Part shown: positions 15,782 through 20,000 of the stretch, one piece after another
Layout of the letters: every line of letters begins with the position of its first letter
Position numbering within the stretch: position 1 is the first letter of the stretch
Virus record (IMG/VR): IMGVR_UViG_3300031578_009156
DNA from: an uncultured virus (IMG/VR IMGVR_UViG_3300031578_009156)
Lineage: Duplodnaviria > Heunggongvirae > Uroviricota > Caudoviricetes
Length of the DNA stretch: 20,000 nucleotides
Direction: 5' to 3' (one strand)
Position numbers and translations under genes: made by a program
Notes under the pieces: model-generated
Told to the model about the DNA's origin: nothing
What the model saw: the letters and a program-made list of their open reading frames with translations, nothing else
Database searches by the model: none

Positions 15782-17653
15782 ATGCTAATCTACGAACCGA
15801 GCGGAAGGGCCAGGGAGTATGCGGCGCTGGCCCTCAATGTGTACAAGGGCTGTGAGCATCGGTGTGTCTACTGTCTAGATGGTGACACGCTTGTTCTGAA
15901 GTCGGACTTGTCCGCGGTGTCTTTGCGTACCATAGTCCCTGGTGATGAAATAGTTGGCGTTGCAAACCTGGGGAGTGGTACGACTAATACTCTGAAGTTT
16001 GTTCCGTCCGTAGTTGAGGCAGTTTGGACTGCGCGGAAGCCTGTTTTTGAGATCGAACTGGAAAACGGGATAACTGCAAAGTGCTCAGGTGACCACAGAT
16101 GGCTTACTGATAGGGGCTGGAAGTTCACCACGAATGCGATGGCGGGGACCATTGATCGCGCGCATCTTACGACCAATAATTCAATCAGGCTGGTTTCATC
16201 TCTGGCAATCACTCCCCAGGAGACCGATGACTATAGATTGGGGTACTTGTCTGGTGTAATCAGGGGAGACGGTCATATCGGTGTGCATGGCCCCTATCAC
16301 AGAAGGACAGCAAGACCTAATAGAGCGGTACGTATTTTTGATGAAGTCGTGCACTCTTTTAGTCTCCGCATGAAAGACGTAGCTGCACTGAGAAGGACAG
16401 AAGGCTATCTTTTGTATTTCGGCGTTACTGTGAAGCGCTTTATTTTCAACGATAGCATGGAGGGCATCAGAACTAGTGCAGAGCACACCATAAAATCTAT
16501 TCAACACTTAATCGAATGGCGGGACACATCAGAGTACGCGCGGGGATTCTTGGCTGGCATCTATGATGCGGAAGGCTCCTACAGCCAGGTGATCAGAATT
16601 TCAAACAGTGATCCAGAAATACTGCGGCGGTGCGAAGATGGACTGCGCACTTTTGGATTCGGTTTTGTGTACGATGTTCCACAACAGGCCCCTAACTGTA
16701 TTGTTCACAGTATTCGTTTACAGGGTGGGCGTGCTGAGATTATCAGGTTTGTTCAGTTGGTCAACCCAGCAATTGAGCGCAAGCGAACAATCTCTGGGCA
16801 AACTGTCAAGCAAAGTTCACGGGTGATCGGCATCAAGAACTTGGGCTATGAGGACACGTTATATGATATCCAGACGAGCACTGGGAACTTCATTGCTAAT
16901 GGGATGGTGTCCCACAACTGTTACGCTCCCAGCGCCACCTACAGCAGCCCCACCGACTTCTCCCACCCCAAGACGCGCGGGGCCGACTTCATCCCCAACT
17001 TGTTCCGCGAGGTCTCGCGGTGCCCTGGTCGCGGGCGGCGCGTGCTCCTCTGCTTTACCTGTGACCCATACCAGCCATTCGACGTCGAGGAGGGCATTAC
17101 ACGGCAGGCAATCCATGTTCTGCACGGCGGCGGCTACGCGGTCGAGGTGTTGACCAAGGGCGGCCAGCGGGCACTGCGCGACCTGGACCTGTTCGGGCCA
17201 GGGGATGCTTTCGCAACGACTTTGACCTTGCTGGACGACCTGCGCTCGATGACCTGGGAGCCAGGGGCGGCGCTTCCTGGTGACCGCATCACTACCATCG
17301 AGGCGTTTCACGGGGCGGGGATCGAGACCTGGGTCAGCCTGGAGCCAGTGCTCGACCCAGACACGGCCCTGGAGATCATCCGCCGAACCCACGAATTTGT
17401 AGACCTCTACAAGGTGGGTAAATTGAACTACGAAAACACGCTCCCCGTGCATTTGCGTAGTCTGGTTGACCACATAGACTGGCGGGCGTTCGGGATCGCG
17501 GCGGTGGACCTGCTGCGCTCCCTGGGCAAGCCGTACTACGTCAAGAAGGACCTGGCGGCGTTCCTGCCCCCTGAGTACCAGGCCCTATGCGGGGAGATGC
17601 CCAAGGCGGCCCCCATCCCCCAGCCCCAGGTGGGCCAGATGACCCTATTCTAA
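15782..17653 (+). CDS. Radical SAM protein (SPL/Rv2578c-like) with intein
   Basis: GCEHRCVY|CYA split CX3CX2C, CDPYQP, VLTKG, WEPGA, WVSLEP; 274 aa after splicing. Confidence 0.88.
   Translation: MLIYEPSGRAREYAALALNVYKGCEHRCVYCLDGDTLVLKSDLSAVSLRTIVPGDEIVGVANLGSGTTNTLKFVPSVVEAVWTARKPVFEIELENGITAKCSGDHRWLTDRGWKFTTNAMAGTIDRAHLTTNNSIRLVSSLAITPQETDDYRLGYLSGVIRGDGHIGVHGPYHRRTARPNRAVRIFDEVVHSFSLRMKDVAALRRTEGYLLYFGVTVKRFIFNDSMEGIRTSAEHTIKSIQHLIEWRDTSEYARGFLAGIYDAEGSYSQVIRISNSDPEILRRCEDGLRTFGFGFVYDVPQQAPNCIVHSIRLQGGRAEIIRFVQLVNPAIERKRTISGQTVKQSSRVIGIKNLGYEDTLYDIQTSTGNFIANGMVSHNCYAPSATYSSPTDFSHPKTRGADFIPNLFREVSRCPGRGRRVLLCFTCDPYQPFDVEEGITRQAIHVLHGGGYAVEVLTKGGQRALRDLDLFGPGDAFATTLTLLDDLRSMTWEPGAALPGDRITTIEAFHGAGIETWVSLEPVLDPDTALEIIRRTHEFVDLYKVGKLNYENTLPVHLRSLVDHIDWRAFGIAAVDLLRSLGKPYYVKKDLAAFLPPEYQALCGEMPKAAPIPQPQVGQMTLF
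15872..16918 (+). mobile_element. Intein with LAGLIDADG homing endonuclease (349 aa)
   Basis: N-terminal CLDGDT, block B SGDHRW, YLSGVIRGDG and FLAGIYDAEG, C-terminal YDIQTSTGNFIANGMVSHN|C; AT-richer than flanks. Confidence 0.93.
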
Positions 17654-17680
17654 CCCCGAGACCACTTCACAGTGAAGTAA

Positions 17681-17713
17681 AGGCCCCACCGAGGAGGTGG
17701 GGCCTCTTCGTTT
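17681..17713 (+). terminator. Intrinsic terminator
   Basis: AGGCCCCACC-GAGGA-GGTGGGGCCT-CTTCGTTT. Confidence 0.8.
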
Positions 17714-17741
17714 CAGAAAATTGGCAGGTTTGGAAAACCCC

Positions 17742-17770
17742 TTGACAATAGCGGATAAACCTGCTATTCT
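17742..17770 (+). promoter_or_regulatory. Sigma70 promoter
   Basis: TTGACA-N17-TATTCT with extended -10 TG. Confidence 0.7.
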
Positions 17771-17846
17771 ATGCTCAGTTGGCCGACAGGCAGAGGCGAC
17801 GGCAAGTGAAAGGCCGTTGCCTTTTTGTTATCTGTGGGCTACACAA

Positions 17847-17919
17847 CCGCGAGTCGTCTAGTGGCTCAGGACGCTGGTTGCTCAGACCAGAGACGGGGGT
17901 TCAAGTCCTCCCTCGCGGA
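17847..17919 (+). tRNA. tRNA-Glu(CTC)-like, non-canonical G33
   Basis: Acceptor CCGCGAG/CTCGCGG, D arm GTCTAGTGGCTCAGGAC, anticodon arm CTGGT-TGCTCAG-ACCAG, T arm GGGGG-TTCAAGT-CCTCC; no encoded CCA. Confidence 0.75.
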
Positions 17920-17922
17920 CTT

Positions 17923-19329
17923 ATGGCTAGAATACAGTTGTTCTCAGGCAAGACGCTGGTCGCTGATGCCAGTTTCATCGCCCGCGTTGTCAACAGTGGT
18001 AACTACGACCGCGTAGTTTTGCCCTGCGTTGGCAGTTTCACCGTCCCCGCCGCTGTCGCTGCGGCCGGCTTCCCCCGTGACCGCATCTTCACGTCAGACG
18101 TCTCGATTTACAGCAGCGTCATGGGCTACCTGCTCGACCCAGACAAACGCATCGAGCAGATGGGCCTGGAGCCGTCTGAGGAGGTCGCTTGCTTCGTGGA
18201 GGGGGCTGCTGATGATTTGGACTATGCCGCCGGCGTACTGGTGGCAATCGGCTGGTTGCAGCAGACGCGGGAGACACGCTACCACGCCAACTTGAGGCGC
18301 GAGATCGTCACCCACAGGGCTATCTACCGCGCACAAATACGGGCGGAACTGGAGAAACTGGTAGAGGCTGCCAGCGGTGTTCACTATGAGGACCACGATG
18401 TTAGGGACGTAGTAGCATCGGTCACGGACGATCCCCGCACTTTCCTGTATTTTAACCTGCCAGGGTTCAAGTTCGGCTACACTAAAATGTTCGGACCTGC
18501 TGAGGAGGCGTTCGGCTGGGGCGGGGTGGTGGTCCAGGAGTTCTTGCCGCAATACAGCGGTGAGGTCTACGAGTCGCTGGTCGGCAAGCCCGTCACGGCC
18601 ATGACCTACGTCAGCAGCGGTACGTCGTCCGACCGCATGGAGGAGGTTCCATCTGGCTGGGTGAAGGTCTACGCCAACGTGGCAGATGAGAAAAAGACGG
18701 GCTACCTGGTGACCAACCAACCCCACATGGATACCAGCATACACGCGCCGACCCTCGACCACGACATCCGCCACTTCCCCATATACGATGATGAGGAGAT
18801 CACGCCCGAGACACAGGTCGCTTTCGTGCAAGTGGACGAGCATACCTGTATGTACTACCGCGACCTGTTCGTCCACAGGCTCGGCATCACGAAGGCGGAG
18901 CAGTACTTCCTGATGCTACTCGATGGGCGCGTGGTGACCGCGCTGGGGCTGGCTATGAGAGATTACCGTCTCAATAGTTCAAGTACTTGTGAGTATACTG
19001 GAGAGGTGTTCGGCATCACTAAGACCTCCCGCCGCTACGCCCGCCTGGGCAAACTGTTCATGCTCTGTCTCACGTCGGGTGACTTTAAGCGGCTCCTGCT
19101 GACAGCATACCCATTCACACAATTTAGGGAGCCGCGTGGCATGAGAACGTCATCTATCACGATCCACCCAGAGGGCAAGACGGATCGTGGCGTGATGAAA
19201 CTGATCCACCGCGAGGAGATTGGTGATGGCAGGTTCAAGGTGATTTACCAGGCTGACTTCAGGGATGATACCTGGCCTGAAACTGTGCAGACGTGGCTGC
19301 GAAAGTGGGGAGGCAAGAGCCGTGAGTGA
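17923..19329 (+). CDS. Putative DNA-modification protein: degenerate adenine-MTase fold plus C-terminal GNAT/Mom-like domain
   Basis: VVLPCVGSF (motif I-like), TSDVS, FLYFNLPGF (motif IV-like); C-terminal RRYARLGKL; the upstream TTG start is rejected because it would span the tRNA. Confidence 0.5.
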   Translation: MARIQLFSGKTLVADASFIARVVNSGNYDRVVLPCVGSFTVPAAVAAAGFPRDRIFTSDVSIYSSVMGYLLDPDKRIEQMGLEPSEEVACFVEGAADDLDYAAGVLVAIGWLQQTRETRYHANLRREIVTHRAIYRAQIRAELEKLVEAASGVHYEDHDVRDVVASVTDDPRTFLYFNLPGFKFGYTKMFGPAEEAFGWGGVVVQEFLPQYSGEVYESLVGKPVTAMTYVSSGTSSDRMEEVPSGWVKVYANVADEKKTGYLVTNQPHMDTSIHAPTLDHDIRHFPIYDDEEITPETQVAFVQVDEHTCMYYRDLFVHRLGITKAEQYFLMLLDGRVVTALGLAMRDYRLNSSSTCEYTGEVFGITKTSRRYARLGKLFMLCLTSGDFKRLLLTAYPFTQFREPRGMRTSSITIHPEGKTDRGVMKLIHREEIGDGRFKVIYQADFRDDTWPETVQTWLRKWGGKSRE

Positions 19330-20000
19330 GAAACTACTGGACCTCGGCCAGGGTCTGGAACTGTGGCGCATCGACATTGACACCCTGTTGGAGCAGGACG
19401 AGAACGCCCGCGTTATGTCACGCGCAATGTTCAAACGGCTGGAGGATACCATCGGCAGGGACAAGCGGCTCGGGGCGCTTCCCTTCTGCGCTGCCACCGA
19501 TAAGGGGATCGAGATCGTCTCTGGTCACCACAGGATCAGGGCGGCCAGGGAGGCAGGGTTATCGGAAGTCCACGCCATCGTGGACGTCACGGGCCTGAGC
19601 AAGGACCAGATTCGAGCGAAGCAGTTGGCTCACAATTCAATCTCTGGCGAGGACGACGAACAGGTGCTCGCCAGAATCTACAGCAAGATCGCGGACGTAG
19701 AGGCGCGGTTGGAGTCGTTCATTGACCCGAAGGTGGTCGAGAAGGCAATCCAGAAGGCAAAGGCAATCGCCATGGACCTCAATCTCAGTTACCGCATGGT
19801 AGTGATTACGTTCATGCCCATCGAGTACGACAGATTTGTTGAGGCGGCCGACAAGGTACAACGGCACATCAGCGTGGTCGAGAAGGCAATCCAGAAGGCA
19901 AAGGCAATCGCCATGGACCTCAATCTCAGTTACCGCATGGTAGTGATTACGTTCATGCCCATCGAGTACGACAGATTTGTTGAGGCGGCCGACAAGGTAC
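19322..20000 (+). CDS. ParB/Srx-like N-terminal domain protein, 3'-truncated by window (not in ORF track)
   Basis: Manual translation MSEKLLDLG..NARVMS..EIVSGHHRIRAA..QLAHNSISGEDD; GGGAGG RBS; open to window end. Confidence 0.8.
   Translation, partial: MSEKLLDLGQGLELWRIDIDTLLEQDENARVMSRAMFKRLEDTIGRDKRLGALPFCAATDKGIEIVSGHHRIRAAREAGLSEVHAIVDVTGLSKDQIRAKQLAHNSISGEDDEQVLARIYSKIADVEARLESFIDPKVVEKAIQKAKAIAMDLNLSYRMVVITFMPIEYDRFVEAADKVQRHISVVEKAIQKAKAIAMDLNLSYRMVVITFMPIEYDRFVEAADKV
19733..20000 (+). repeat. Exact tandem duplication, 141-bp period
   Basis: 19874-20000 is identical to 19733-19859. Confidence 0.9.

Noticed and set aside
17779..17922. Upstream TTG start of the 516-aa ORF
   Set aside because: It would run through a hairpin and the tRNA; ATG 17923 is preferred
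19326..19598. 90-aa ORF in the track
   Set aside because: Wrong frame; the ParB-like frame from GTG 19322 carries the motifs

Overview
GC-rich phage/prophage segment (host possibly Chloroflexota, inferred from protein style only); nearly all genes are on the + strand. 1-6100 is a replication/nucleotide-metabolism module: C5 DNA methyltransferase, HTH replication initiator, DnaB helicase, a frameshifted PAPS-reductase-family gene and a PD-(D/E)XK nuclease. 6100-7285 is a TnpB-only IS200/IS605 element that interrupts a MazG-like gene. 8522-10530 is a dense non-coding RNA locus: a ~120-nt tmRNA reduced to its tRNA-like domain, a second structured RNA, a switch-like leader, an intact stand-alone TnpB/Cas12f-like gene, and 28 bp later a 4-repeat CRISPR mini-array with no other cas genes. 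10550-17700 holds three operons driven by a repeated terminator-promoter-operator-RBS cassette (SWIM protein, N6-adenine MTase, ParB, DUF488, intein-containing radical SAM). The window ends with a non-canonical tRNA-Glu abutting a probable MTase-fold/GNAT DNA-modification gene and a ParB-like gene.
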